Below, one piece after another: positions 1 to 10,278 of a stretch of DNA of 63,189 nucleotides. How positions within the stretch are numbered: position 1 is the first letter of the stretch; each line of letters opens with the position of its first letter. A program made the position numbers and the translations under genes. Under the pieces are notes generated by a model, which saw only the letters and a program-made list of their open reading frames with translations, made no database searches and was not told the DNA's origin. The DNA lies in assembly GCA_051382335.1 (NCBI GenBank), contig JBBCAX010000078.1, positions 1 to 63,189 on the forward strand. Direction: 5' to 3'. This DNA is from Deltaproteobacteria bacterium TL4 (lineage in GTDB: Bacteria; SAR324; NAC60-12).

Positions 1-536
1 TAAAAAATTAAAAAATTGTTTGTACAATGAGGGGGAACTATAAATCTAATACACCTTAAATTTTATGAAAAGTGGTCTTGACAATGGGGTCCACCATACT
101 TGATTAATCAGCTACTCAATGTGGCTTAATTCTTTAAAAATGTTCAAAGTCCAGTCAATAAGACAGAGCGTAAATTCACATGTTTTACAAAAATCACAAA
201 ATATTTCGCAAATGCAAAAAACCCATAAGCGGACGCGAAAGTAAAAACCTTAATATTTACAGTGTATTGATATTTGCATTGTGCAAGCGCACAAAAAATT
301 GGTTGACAAGGAGGATATAAAAGTGCCATCATGACTTGTTTTAAACAGGCTGAGACAGATGATCTTATTTGCTGTAAAATCATCAGGAACACACTTGATA
401 TTCATTAGAGTGATCGCTCGAGAAGCGCAAAAGAAAAGAAGTCCATGTTCCAGAGCCTTGGTTGAAAATGTTTCATGAATAGTCGATGGTTGATAATTAA
501 CGAGTTCCTACTTATTTACATAATAGGGGAGTACCT

Positions 537-2342
537 ATGAATATGATGAGCACCATGATTTCACAAGAGGTTCCTAAGAACTATACTGTTTTAATTAAAG
601 AACTGATTGCGGAAGGGCGAGAAAAAGGGTTCGTCACTTTAGATGAAATTAATACACATCTCGTATTAGACACTCATAATAGTGATCAACTTGAACGTAT
701 ACTCAATATCCTTGCAGATATTGATATTGAGGTTATGGATTCTTCCAAAAACATCAGTTTGAACAAACGGGAGGATATTTCTGACATTAGTGATGACACC
801 ATTACCGAGAACAGCATCAAAGAAGAGCTGAATCTTGAGCCAGAAGCGGACACGACAACTGATGATCCCGTCCGTATGTATCTTCGAGAAATGGGGAATA
901 TTTCGTTGTTAACCAGAGAAGGTGAAGTAGAAGTTGCAAAAAAAATAGAAGAAGGACAGTTTGCGTTGATCGAAATTTTCTCAAACTCCAATCTGATCAT
1001 CAACTACCTCATTGACCTTTCCAAAAAGCTAAAGTTGAATAAAATTCGTGCGATGCACATTGTTTCTGGACTTGATGAGGAAGATAATGTGATAGAGGAC
1101 GAAGAGATTGCGGCCGTTAGAATCCTTGAGTCTTTGGAAAAAGTGAAAGACCACTATACGGCCATGCAAAAGATACAAGCTGGTGGCGAAAATTTAAGTG
1201 CGGCACAGCAAAAAAAAGTTGCGATGCATCGAGATGAACTTCGAATTGTAGTTCAAGGTATCAACTTTAACTCTCAACAGATTGATACGATGTGCTTAGT
1301 GATGTTAAAGCACAAAGAGAAAATTGATTTAACTATCCGCCAGCTAGGAAAGTATTCCAAAGATATGCGGATTGCTTTAGACAGGGCCGATGAACTCTTT
1401 GTTCAGTGGTTTGGCGCTAAATCAGAAAAAGAAAAAAAAATCATTGCCAACAGGATTGTAGAGGAAACGGGCTATCGCTTTAATATTGCTCGACGTATTT
1501 ATGAGAAGACACAGTCCTGTCGCAGTCGTATTGATTCTATGATTGCTCGTACGGCTCTGACTCGGGAAGATTTTAAAAAAGAAGTCAAACGGCTTAATGT
1601 CGAAAATCGGAAAGTGAAGCGGGCAAAAAGTCAATTGATTGAAGCAAACCTTCGATTGGTGATCAGTATCGCTAAAAAGTATACTAATCGTGGATTGCAG
1701 TTTTTGGATTTGATCCAGGAAGGAAATATTGGGCTGATGAAAGCGGTTGATAAATTCGAATATCGTCGAGGGTACAAATTTTCAACCTATGCAACTTGGT
1801 GGATACGGCAAGCAATTACCCGTGGTATTGCGGATCAGGCAAAAACGATCAGAATTCCTGTCCACATGATTGAAACCATCAACAAAGTAGCACGAACATC
1901 CAGAGAGCTCGTTCAGGAATTTGGAAGGACGCCGACACCTGAAGAACTCGCTAAGAAGATGAAGATGCCTCTGAGTAAAGTACGAAGGATTCTTGAAATC
2001 ACCAAAGAGCCGATTTCATTGGAAACTCCTATTGGAAGTGATGAAGATTCGCATCTTCAGGATTTTATCGCAGATGATAAAATTAGAAACCCAGGTGATG
2101 CGACCGCCTTTTCCAACTTGTCCGAGTTGACCCGTCATGCCTTAGGAACGCTGACGCCAAGAGAAGAAAAAGTAGTACGGATGCGATTTGGAATCGATGA
2201 AAATCGGGATCATACCTTAGAGGAAGTAGGGCAGGATTTTGATGTGACTCGAGAACGTATTCGCCAAATTGAAGCAAAAGCACTTCAGAAACTACGACAT
2301 CCTATTCGAAGCAAATACCTTCGCTCTTTTTATGAAGGTTAA
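537..2342 (+). CDS. rpoD: RNA polymerase primary sigma factor sigma70
   Basis: Region 1.2 [11 protein letters not shown]; region 2 [38 protein letters not shown]...[11 protein letters not shown]; region 4 TLEEVG...[14 protein letters not shown]. Confidence 0.98.
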   Translation: MNMMSTMISQEVPKNYTVLIKELIAEGREKGFVTLDEINTHLVLDTHNSDQLERILNILADIDIEVMDSSKNISLNKREDISDISDDTITENSIKEELNLEPEADTTTDDPVRMYLREMGNISLLTREGEVEVAKKIEEGQFALIEIFSNSNLIINYLIDLSKKLKLNKIRAMHIVSGLDEEDNVIEDEEIAAVRILESLEKVKDHYTAMQKIQAGGENLSAAQQKKVAMHRDELRIVVQGINFNSQQIDTMCLVMLKHKEKIDLTIRQLGKYSKDMRIALDRADELFVQWFGAKSEKEKKIIANRIVEETGYRFNIARRIYEKTQSCRSRIDSMIARTALTREDFKKEVKRLNVENRKVKRAKSQLIEANLRLVISIAKKYTNRGLQFLDLIQEGNIGLMKAVDKFEYRRGYKFSTYATWWIRQAITRGIADQAKTIRIPVHMIETINKVARTSRELVQEFGRTPTPEELAKKMKMPLSKVRRILEITKEPISLETPIGSDEDSHLQDFIADDKIRNPGDATAFSNLSELTRHALGTLTPREEKVVRMRFGIDENRDHTLEEVGQDFDVTRERIRQIEAKALQKLRHPIRSKYLRSFYEG

Positions 2343-2355
2343 ACTTTCCTAGTGT

Positions 2356-2380
2356 GCTTCCTTCTGAAAAAGAAGGAAGC
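2356..2380. terminator. Hairpin between convergent genes, probable terminator
   Basis: gcttccttct-gaaaa-agaaggaagc perfect 10-bp stem just after the rpoD stop and before the stop of the convergent ORF. Confidence 0.6.
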
Positions 2381-2392
2381 CTTCTCCCTTAT

Positions 2393-2890
2393 CTAAAATC
2401 CTACCTTCACTCCCATTGAAATCATTGTTGCTCCTGCATCAGAATTCTCAGAGTCTGTGGCGCTGATGTTGTGCAAGCCAACATGTATATCGAGCAAGGG
2501 GATAATGTTGTATCCGAGTGATGCAAACACTTGGTATAATGACGTATCCTCTGCTCCCGCAACATCTAGTGAGGCATTCCCAAACCCAACACCTGCGGCA
2601 ATGTTAATGACCGGGATAGGAAGGTTGAAGAAAAGGTCATACATTGTAACTGTTTGATTACTGTCTCCTTTATATTTAACCGTATAGTTTTCAAAGCCAA
2701 CTCCAACAGGAATAACAACAAAACTCACACCCAATTTGATGCCTGTAGGCATTCCGTCTACTTCAGCATCCCCTGATGGCGAATAAGATACTGGTAGATC
2801 CGCACTGACCGACATAAAATCTGCAAATACGAATGTAGGAAAAACTAATAAAGTCAGTCCTATTAGTCCAATGGTTAAGATCTTTTTCAT
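2393..2890 (-). CDS. Small outer-membrane beta-barrel protein
   Basis: Signal peptide ending VFA-D, alternating amphipathic strands, C-terminal Phe (GVKVGF). Confidence 0.7.
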   Translation of the reverse strand: MKKILTIGLIGLTLLVFPTFVFADFMSVSADLPVSYSPSGDAEVDGMPTGIKLGVSFVVIPVGVGFENYTVKYKGDSNQTVTMYDLFFNLPIPVINIAAGVGFGNASLDVAGAEDTSLYQVFASLGYNIIPLLDIHVGLHNISATDSENSDAGATMISMGVKVGF

Positions 2891-3003
2891 GTGATACTCC
2901 TTTCAAGGTGTTATGATTTAATAAAAAATGGATACAACCACTCCCATTTCATGCAAGCTTTGTACTGAACTTCATTTTCTCAGTTAAGCTATAGTCATAA
3001 TCT

Positions 3004-3157
3004 AGGTCGTCTAAATCGGCCAAAATAGCTTGCTCAAAAAATGGACATGCAAGAATGGCTCACGAACCCTTATTTTCTGTGAGTTTCCTCCAATTTTTTT
3101 GAGGGCAAAAAAAGTAAGCAAAAAATTCACGTCAAAAAGACATGTTTTGGACGACCT
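3004..3157. mobile_element. 154-bp MITE with terminal inverted repeats and target-site duplication
   Basis: Ends aggtcgtctaaa / ttttggacgacct; flanked by direct repeat agtcataatct at 2993-3003 and 3158-3168. Confidence 0.8.
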
Positions 3158-3168
3158 AGTCATAATCT

Positions 3169-4002
3169 TCATTTTTTTTGGTAATAAGTGGCATTCTCAA
3201 ACTCTTGACTCTGGAAACCTTCAGAATACCCCAGCAGAGACTCGGTTGAGCCCAATATAAGGACGCCTTCTTTGGGCAAATGTTCAGATATTTGTGAAAA
3301 TAAAGCTTGACGGGTATTTGGTGCAAAATAAATTGCTACATTTCGGCACAAAATTAAGTGAAAATCTTGAGGATGTTCAGCGTGTTCAATGAGATTGAGT
3401 TGTCGAAAGGTCACACGTTTTTGGATGGCGTCGTTTATTTTCCACTGATTTCCGTCTTGTGTGAAGTACAGTTTTTTTCTATGGGGAGACAGTCCACGTT
3501 TCATATTGAAGGTGTCATAAACTCCGGATTGTGCTGTAGAAAGAGCGGTAACAGAGATATCCGTTGCCAAAATAAAAAATCGCTCAAAATAGAATCGTCG
3601 ACTATGTTTTTTGCGTAATTCATCGAGGAGAATGGCTAGGGAGTAAGATTCTTGACCTGTGGAACATCCTGCGGACCAGATATGAATTTCAGGCACACCC
3701 TGGTCCAGATAATGAAACAGTTGAGGAAAAATTTTCTTTTCTAAGGTGTTCCAACATGAATCATCCCGAAACCATTGAGTTTCGTCGGTTGTGATCAGAT
3801 CGATAACCCGAGGCCATTTACTCAGTGCGCTGATTTTCAGCTTGCGACGAAGTTCATCCAAGGTTTGAACACCGAGTTCTTGGCCTAACTCCATCAGACG
3901 CGTTTCAATGAAATACTTTCGATCATCACTGATAACAATGCCGCAAAGGGAAATGATGAGTTCTCTAAATTTTTGAAATTCTTGATCAGTAATCGGACGT
4001 AT
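3169..4002 (-). CDS. cheR: Chemotaxis protein-glutamate methyltransferase CheR (start uncertain; frame open to 4008)
   Basis: TTDETQWFRD, IWSAGCSTGQESYS, ILCRNVAIYF motifs; CheR-like N-terminal helix ITDQEFQKFRELIISLCGIVISDDRKYFIETRL lies in frame upstream of the ATG at 3894. Confidence 0.92.
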   Translation of the reverse strand: MRPITDQEFQKFRELIISLCGIVISDDRKYFIETRLMELGQELGVQTLDELRRKLKISALSKWPRVIDLITTDETQWFRDDSCWNTLEKKIFPQLFHYLDQGVPEIHIWSAGCSTGQESYSLAILLDELRKKHSRRFYFERFFILATDISVTALSTAQSGVYDTFNMKRGLSPHRKKLYFTQDGNQWKINDAIQKRVTFRQLNLIEHAEHPQDFHLILCRNVAIYFAPNTRQALFSQISEHLPKEGVLILGSTESLLGYSEGFQSQEFENATYYQKK

Positions 4003-4042
4003 TTTCGGCTAACCTTGGAAGTACATGGAATACAAGTGGCAT

Positions 4043-5227
4043 TCATATCCCTGTAGAAACAATACCCATGACTCGATTGCCAATTTGATCAAGCGGCAAT
4101 ACTTCATCTGCCAACCCTTCTTCATAAACGCTTCCGGGCATTCCCCATACTACTGAAGACAGTTCATCCTGAACAATGGAGAATCCCTGAGATCTAAGAA
4201 GACGCACTCCTTCTGTTCCATCTTTTCCCATACCTGTCATAATCACAGTCAGCACTTTTTCATCAAAAGACTGTGCCACTGAACGAAACAACACATCTAC
4301 CGCAGGTTTACAATTATTGACAGGAGGATCATCATTCGTAACGAGATGATAAATATTGCCTCTTCTTTTTTCGAGCAGCGTATGTTTTCCCCCAGGCGCA
4401 ATATAGACCCGTCCCGGTTCTAAAATATCTTGATCTTTCGCCTCTGTGACCAGCATCCCACAAACCTTGTTTAATCGTTCAGCAAGAGATTCGGTAAAAA
4501 GAGCAGGCATATGCTGAACAACAATCACAGGACACGGTAAGGGGCGTTTGATGGAAGAAAAAACTTGATGTAACGCATTGGGCCCTCCTGTTGAAGAGCC
4601 GAAGAGGACGAGTTTGACACGCTTGGCACCAAGTGTTGATAATATTGATCGTCGAGGCATCAGTATCTCAGTTTTTTTCTCTTTAAATTGCTGAGATTTA
4701 AGCTCCCTGGAAAACAAAGATTGCTGGAATTTATTTTCTGAGGTTGGTGTTTCTGTGTGTCTTGCTTCTAAAACGCCAGCGAGTCGAGCTCGGCTCAAGC
4801 GAACTTGTTTCTTCTTCTGCAACATCTGAATGAAGGGCATCAACTGCTGATGTAATAGCGCAAAACCCTCTGTTGCCGAGGCGACGTTAGGTTTAGGGAC
4901 AAAATCCAGTGCGCCTAACGCCAAAGATCTGATCGTCGCTTTTGCATTTTCCATATTGTAGGAACTGATCATGATCGCGTCTACGTCTGGAAACTGAAGT
5001 TTAATTTGATGAAGTGTCTCAACGCCGTCCATCTCAGGCATCATCACATCCAACAATACCAGGTCCGGTTGACTGCGTTGTATTTTACGTAGCGCGATCT
5101 TTCCTGTTGCCGCCATCCCGACACATTCTGCATTAGGAATATCCGCAATGACCCTACTGAGAATCTGTCGAAATGAACTACTATCATCAACAATCAACAC
5201 AGAAACCGCAGTATCTTTCAATTCCAT
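4043..5227 (-). CDS. cheB: Chemotaxis response regulator protein-glutamate methylesterase CheB
   Basis: Receiver domain (IVDDS, LLDVMMP) plus esterase motifs GSSTGGP, QHMP, MTGMGKDG. Confidence 0.96.
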   Translation of the reverse strand: MELKDTAVSVLIVDDSSSFRQILSRVIADIPNAECVGMAATGKIALRKIQRSQPDLVLLDVMMPEMDGVETLHQIKLQFPDVDAIMISSYNMENAKATIRSLALGALDFVPKPNVASATEGFALLHQQLMPFIQMLQKKKQVRLSRARLAGVLEARHTETPTSENKFQQSLFSRELKSQQFKEKKTEILMPRRSILSTLGAKRVKLVLFGSSTGGPNALHQVFSSIKRPLPCPVIVVQHMPALFTESLAERLNKVCGMLVTEAKDQDILEPGRVYIAPGGKHTLLEKRRGNIYHLVTNDDPPVNNCKPAVDVLFRSVAQSFDEKVLTVIMTGMGKDGTEGVRLLRSQGFSIVQDELSSVVWGMPGSVYEEGLADEVLPLDQIGNRVMGIVSTGI

Positions 5228-5280
5228 TCGTACCTTAATAAAGATTAATGATCAGCCCTGAGCAAAATTTTGAGTATTTC

Positions 5281-6057
5281 TTACATTCGTGTTACTTGAA
5301 CCGAGTCTACAAATTGAAGTTTTTTCAGTTGAATTGCCAGAACTGAAGCCTTCGCTTGGTTCATCCGTCCCACACGAACACGATATAAGACCTCATTATT
5401 TGTTGAAACATAAGTATGAATAAACGCTTCAGAATATCCTTTTTGCTTTAATAGTTTAAGTATGCCTTCAGAAGAAGCACGTTTTTTTGAAGAAAAAACT
5501 TGGACTGTATAATTTTCATCAGCAGAGAGCGTGTGGGTCTCTGGCGTTTGCTTTTCTGGGGATGTTGTTGCTAAGGATTGTAATTTAGGTGGTTTTTCTT
5601 CTTTTGGAGGCGTTGATGAAGCGGGTTTGTTCTCCATCGATAATTGAGGTTTGGGTTGTTCTGAGGAAGACGTCTCCCTTTCTTCAGAATCCTCGGAAAT
5701 CGTGCTTGTTTTTTGAAGAAGCAGCTCTTCTTTCGGAGGCAGGGATTCCGTCTGATCCGTTAGGTTTTGAGTCTTCTCCTTAAGTTTTTCTAATTTAGGA
5801 AGGTCAATCTCTGTTTTGACTGTGGGATCACCTAAATCAAAAAATTTCAAATCTTCCACATTTAGAGATTCTTCTGGAGAGGATGATACTTTTTGTGATA
5901 TGGACACATTCTCCAAAGGATTTCTTAAACTTTTGCCTGTGACCAAACCTAAATAAAAGCTGACGACCAGGCAGCATCCGCCCAATATTCCCAAAATAAG
6001 CAGTTGCGACACGGAAAGTTGTATTCTATAAGCCTTTTGTTTCTTTGGGGTATGCAT
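5281..6057 (-). CDS. SPOR-domain membrane-anchored protein (FtsN/DedD-like architecture)
   Basis: N-terminal TM helix, low-complexity linker, C-terminal YTVQVFS...LYRVRVG SPOR motif. Confidence 0.8.
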   Translation of the reverse strand: MHTPKKQKAYRIQLSVSQLLILGILGGCCLVVSFYLGLVTGKSLRNPLENVSISQKVSSSPEESLNVEDLKFFDLGDPTVKTEIDLPKLEKLKEKTQNLTDQTESLPPKEELLLQKTSTISEDSEERETSSSEQPKPQLSMENKPASSTPPKEEKPPKLQSLATTSPEKQTPETHTLSADENYTVQVFSSKKRASSEGILKLLKQKGYSEAFIHTYVSTNNEVLYRVRVGRMNQAKASVLAIQLKKLQFVDSVQVTRM

Positions 6058-6066
6058 AATCTCTTT

Positions 6067-6774
6067 CTATGAAGGGGTCCACTTTCTTTGTATTGTGGGG
6101 TACGCAATTTCCTGTTTTAATCGCTTCAAAAACTCTTTACGGGAAATCTCCTTGGCTCCCATGCTTAATAAATGTCTTGTTGTTACTTGACAGTCAATCA
6201 TGTGTCCGCCCCACTGCTTCATATATTCCACTAGCGCAACCAAGGCGACTTTCGACGCATCTGATTTCACACTGAACATCGACTCTCCAAAAAAGCACTT
6301 GCCCAGGCAAATACCATACAGTCCTCCCACGAGTTCATCTCCAAACCACGCTTCTACAGAATGGGCAAAACCCTCTTCATGAAGAACCGTATATGCTTTT
6401 TCCATGGCAGAAGTGATCCAGGTTCGCTGGTTCTTTTGAATTCGAACCTCAGCACATGCGGAAATCACACTTGCGAACGCGGTGTCCATTCTTACGTCGA
6501 AAATTGCTTTTTTAATAGTTTTTTGCAAACTTCTTGAAACTTTTAACTCATCAGGTTCAAGAATCAAGCGAGGATTGGGACTCCACCACAAAAGGGGTTG
6601 CCCTTCTTCATACCAAGGAAATATTCCATTGCGATAAGCTTCCAACAACCGATTTTTTGAAAGGTCCCCCCCCACAGCCAGCAACCCGTCAGGTTCTGCT
6701 TTTTCTTGAGGAGGAAATATGTATTGGTCAGACAAGAAATAGACCGGCATCGAAAAATCTGGTGTTAAGTTCAT
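6067..6774 (-). CDS. aat: Leucyl/phenylalanyl-tRNA--protein transferase
   Basis: DGLLAVGGDL, AYRNGIFPW, WWSPNPR, FFGESMFS, DASKVAL. Confidence 0.96.
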   Translation of the reverse strand: MNLTPDFSMPVYFLSDQYIFPPQEKAEPDGLLAVGGDLSKNRLLEAYRNGIFPWYEEGQPLLWWSPNPRLILEPDELKVSRSLQKTIKKAIFDVRMDTAFASVISACAEVRIQKNQRTWITSAMEKAYTVLHEEGFAHSVEAWFGDELVGGLYGICLGKCFFGESMFSVKSDASKVALVALVEYMKQWGGHMIDCQVTTRHLLSMGAKEISRKEFLKRLKQEIAYPTIQRKWTPS

Positions 6775-6924
6775 TCATAAGATTTCAGGAGTTCCACCCC
6801 TTGCTCACGCAAAAAGCGGCTCACTAAAATCAATAACTCTTGAATCGTGTTATGATCCATTGTATGAATACCCCGTAGTTCTAACATTGTCACCCAATTA
6901 TTTCAACAGGAATAGGATAGCAAT

Positions 6925-7872
6925 ATGTCCCCCTCCGGAGTCACAGAATGGTATATCTTAGGTGCAGGTTCCATGGGGCTTCTTTGGGCGAGTTACTTAA
7001 AGCACTCAGGCCAAAAGGTGACCCTCCTCCTAAAAAACGAGATAGCTTCACAAATCCTGACCCAAAAAAAGGGAAGGATTTGCATTGAAATCGAGCAACA
7101 ACAACGTGTTTTCCAGATTCCTGCAATTCCCGTGCATCAAGTCCATACTCCTGTTCGTTTTTTACTCATTACCGTGAAAGCCTATAATACCTTAGACGCC
7201 TTACGAAGTATTCACTCTGCGCTAACCCCCAATACAGTTCTGGTTCTGTTACAAAATGGCATGGGAGTCCTCGAACAGATTCAACGAGAATACCCTCATC
7301 TGCCTCTGATTGTAGGGAGCACGACCAATGGTGCCTATCAACTTTCAAGATTTCATGTCGTTCATGCGGGAAAAGGGATGACATGGCTTGGTCCAAGCTC
7401 TTCAGTAACACCGCCACAAGCTCAAGCCATACTGGAAGCCTTTCAGTCAACAGAGTTAAACACAACCTGGGATGACCAAATTCAACAACGGTTGTGGACC
7501 AAATTAGCAATCAATTGTGCGATTAACGCATTAACCGCAATTCTTCAATGTCGCAATGGAGATTTAATAGGTTTCCCTTTTGGAAAACAAATGATAGAAC
7601 CTATTTGCCATGAGGTTGAATCGCTCATGGAACGGCTCCATATTCCGTTGAGCGCCTCTCCTCTAAAAGAGATCGTTTATGAGGTTGTTGAAAAGACTTC
7701 GGGAAATTACTCTTCAATGTACCAAGATCTGCAAAAGGGGATTCAGACAGAAATTGACTACATCAATGGGTTCGTTGTTCAAAAAGCCAATGCCTTAGGC
7801 CTTTCTTGTCCGTATAACCAATTACTGGTACATTTAGTTCACTTTAAAGAAGCACTACAAGCGTCGTCCTAG
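6925..7872 (+). CDS. panE: 2-dehydropantoate 2-reductase
   Basis: GAGSMG, LQNGMG, KLAINCAINALTA, SSMYQD, TEIDYING. Confidence 0.93.
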   Translation: MSPSGVTEWYILGAGSMGLLWASYLKHSGQKVTLLLKNEIASQILTQKKGRICIEIEQQQRVFQIPAIPVHQVHTPVRFLLITVKAYNTLDALRSIHSALTPNTVLVLLQNGMGVLEQIQREYPHLPLIVGSTTNGAYQLSRFHVVHAGKGMTWLGPSSSVTPPQAQAILEAFQSTELNTTWDDQIQQRLWTKLAINCAINALTAILQCRNGDLIGFPFGKQMIEPICHEVESLMERLHIPLSASPLKEIVYEVVEKTSGNYSSMYQDLQKGIQTEIDYINGFVVQKANALGLSCPYNQLLVHLVHFKEALQASS

Positions 7873-7918
7873 GTCTCAAAAGAAAACTTCAGCTTTATAG
7901 AATGATGAGAACTTTGCC

Positions 7919-8839
7919 ATGAACACTTTGAACAAAAACATCAATCCCTGGAAAACATTCAGTTTGGCTGTTTTGGGCTCAAGTTTGCTGTTGCTGTTAA
8001 TGAGTTGTGGAAACCTCCAACAAAAAAGGAGATCCTATCTGGAGTGGAGAATGCCACAACTTGTTTATGCCCAATGGAAGCCTGGCCTTCACATCGTGCA
8101 AGGAGAGACAGGTAACGCGTTAATTCTTGAAGGGACACATGGGTTACTTGTCACGAATGCCATGTATGATGACACCTTGTGGTCAACTTTGCGCCAACAT
8201 TTTACCCAGTCGCCAACTCATCTCATCATAACCGATTCTTCCTGGGAATCAAATGATGGCTTACGCACCATATCCTACGCTTTGGATGTGTTTATTTCCG
8301 ATCAGGCTTACGAAAATTTACGTCAACAAACTAAACTGTGGCCTCTCATTCAACATCATCGCTATCGTCTCATTACAAAAGAAACCCAGATTTTTTTTGA
8401 ACACCAAAGACTTTTACTTTATCCTTTTCAGCATACTCAATCTTCAGGGAATATAGCCCTTTATCTCCCGGATCAGCGAATTCTTTATACAGGAATGCTC
8501 TTTCTGCAAAACAGTCACGCGTTTTTTTCATCCCGGGATGGAAACATGGAAACATGGATTGTAGCACTCCAATCGTTACAAAGACTCGATGTGGTATTGG
8601 TGCTTCCGGGAAGGGGCGGACTCAGTAATATGGAAGGAATCCAGGATTTTCAAAAATACCTGGAAATTCTTCAGGCTCATGTCAAGGAAGCGACTTTAAA
8701 ACAATGGTCCCTGGAACAAACCGTTTCCTCCCTGAATCATGCTCAAGTCAACCATCGGCAAGATATTCCCTATCTTTCCAGCAAAGCCTTGATCATTAAT
8801 AGCCTTTATCAACAAAACAAACCGGACCGGATTCCTTAG
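7919..8839 (+). CDS. Putative lipoprotein with degenerate metallo-beta-lactamase fold
   Basis: Lipobox-like LLLMSC; MBL/cyclase-like pattern (GNALIL, THLIIT, YLPDQRILYTG, VLPGRG) with the canonical metal ligands replaced. Confidence 0.65.
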   Translation: MNTLNKNINPWKTFSLAVLGSSLLLLLMSCGNLQQKRRSYLEWRMPQLVYAQWKPGLHIVQGETGNALILEGTHGLLVTNAMYDDTLWSTLRQHFTQSPTHLIITDSSWESNDGLRTISYALDVFISDQAYENLRQQTKLWPLIQHHRYRLITKETQIFFEHQRLLLYPFQHTQSSGNIALYLPDQRILYTGMLFLQNSHAFFSSRDGNMETWIVALQSLQRLDVVLVLPGRGGLSNMEGIQDFQKYLEILQAHVKEATLKQWSLEQTVSSLNHAQVNHRQDIPYLSSKALIINSLYQQNKPDRIP

Positions 8840-10059
8840 TTGGCTTCTGCTTTATTTTTCATCAAGCGCATCCTTAAGAGTTTGATATAGTAATTTTTTT
8901 CACCCTCAGGGTATTCATTCAAATATTCGTCATAGGCCTCTATCGTCTGTTCTCGGAGTGCCCACTCATATTTTGCACTCATCCTCAATCGCATGCATTC
9001 TTCAGCGTAGGTTCCCTTCGGGTATTCTTCCAGATAGGTATCATAAGCCCTGACTTGATGTGAAGCCACCGCTTGCTCAAATCTCAGTTCTTCTCGAATC
9101 AGTAAAATCTCGGATTTTCGCTTATCATTCGGATATTCCGCTAAAAATCGATCATAGCCTTCAACGCTGTTTTCCCGTCGTGCCACTTCATACTGGTACT
9201 GATTTCGAAACATCAATGCCTGCTGAATATATTTTTCTATGGTTACTGTCCGAATATATTGTTGATAAATATCCAAGCTCTCCAAAGCGGGAGGGATCGA
9301 TTCCAGATAGGTGGCATGAACCCAACCCTTTGCGACATGAACCCATTTTCCCTTTCGATTCATCATACAAACACGATCTCCTTTTTGAAAACTTCCTTTC
9401 AATGGTGATGATGTCCGTGGAGCAGAGCGGATATTGAGCTTCGAGGAAGTAACGACATAGGCATTAACACACTCAGCCATCGAAATTACAGGATTCTTTC
9501 CCTGCTTTGAATTATTTTCCAGAAGTGCTAACCATCGTTTTGATATTTCTTGTAGATACTTTCCTCCCGGAAACATGACGAGGTATCGAAAATAGATTTC
9601 CGAATTATCCACCCTCTTGGCTAACTCAAACAAATCCTGATCCTTCGCTGTATAAGGAAGAGTAATGGGCTCAGAAATTTTGGAAGGTTGAGATGATTCA
9701 ACCTTTGGTTTTTCTCTTATAACCTGTTCCATTCCATCACTGGAAGCCTCCGGTGAAGAGCTGTCTTCTTCCTGCATCGGTTCCATTCCATCACTGGAAG
9801 CCTCCGGTGAAGAGCTGTCTTCTTCCTGCATCGGTTCCATTCCATCACTGGAAGCCTCCGGTGAAGAAAGATCCTTTTCTTCTGCCATCATCGGTTGGAG
9901 AGCATCACTGGAAGCCTCCGGTGAAGAGAGATCTTTTTCTGCTTCCTGCATCGGTTCCTGAGCATAGGTCATTGTTCCATGCCACCACATCAATAAGCAT
10001 AGAAGCAGGGGATATAACCTTTTAATTTTGAATGTGACGATTGAGTCAATAACCTTCAT
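8836..10059 (-). CDS. Secreted SH3b-domain protein with acidic tandem repeats and YxxYLxxYPxG helical repeats
   Basis: Signal peptide, LNIRSAPRTSS...W SH3b motif, repeats YLVMFPGG/FLAEYPND/YLEEYPKG/YLNEYPEG. Confidence 0.75.
   Translation of the reverse strand: MKVIDSIVTFKIKRLYPLLLCLLMWWHGTMTYAQEPMQEAEKDLSSPEASSDALQPMMAEEKDLSSPEASSDGMEPMQEEDSSSPEASSDGMEPMQEEDSSSPEASSDGMEQVIREKPKVESSQPSKISEPITLPYTAKDQDLFELAKRVDNSEIYFRYLVMFPGGKYLQEISKRWLALLENNSKQGKNPVISMAECVNAYVVTSSKLNIRSAPRTSSPLKGSFQKGDRVCMMNRKGKWVHVAKGWVHATYLESIPPALESLDIYQQYIRTVTIEKYIQQALMFRNQYQYEVARRENSVEGYDRFLAEYPNDKRKSEILLIREELRFEQAVASHQVRAYDTYLEEYPKGTYAEECMRLRMSAKYEWALREQTIEAYDEYLNEYPEGEKNYYIKLLRMRLMKNKAEAN
9727..9957. repeat. Coding tandem repeat, 4 units of 54-60 bp
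   Basis: catcactggaagcctccggtgaaga recurs four times; encodes SSPEASSD units of 20, 20, 18 and 18 aa. Confidence 0.9.
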
Positions 10060-10278
10060 AAATCAATTAAAAATCACAGAACTGTTAAAATTTACCTTCA
10101 TCGCTTTATTAGATCATAGGGGGCGGACCCTATTTATAAAGAAATGAAAAGCATGTCATGGAAAACCTATTGCTTCTATTTGACTATTGTGTTTCATCTG
10201 ATTATGATGATGCACTTTTGAAAGAGCAATCCGTGTACTCTTCTTCATGTTTCCTGGTTTTAAACTCCTGATTTTTTC

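Noticed and set aside
3030..3260. 76-aa plus-strand ORF
   Set aside because: Spans the MITE and the antisense of cheR; no homology evident
9727..9957. Regularly spaced ~25-bp repeats resembling a CRISPR array
   Set aside because: Spacers are themselves near-identical, unit lengths are multiples of 3 inside a CDS, and there are no cas genes
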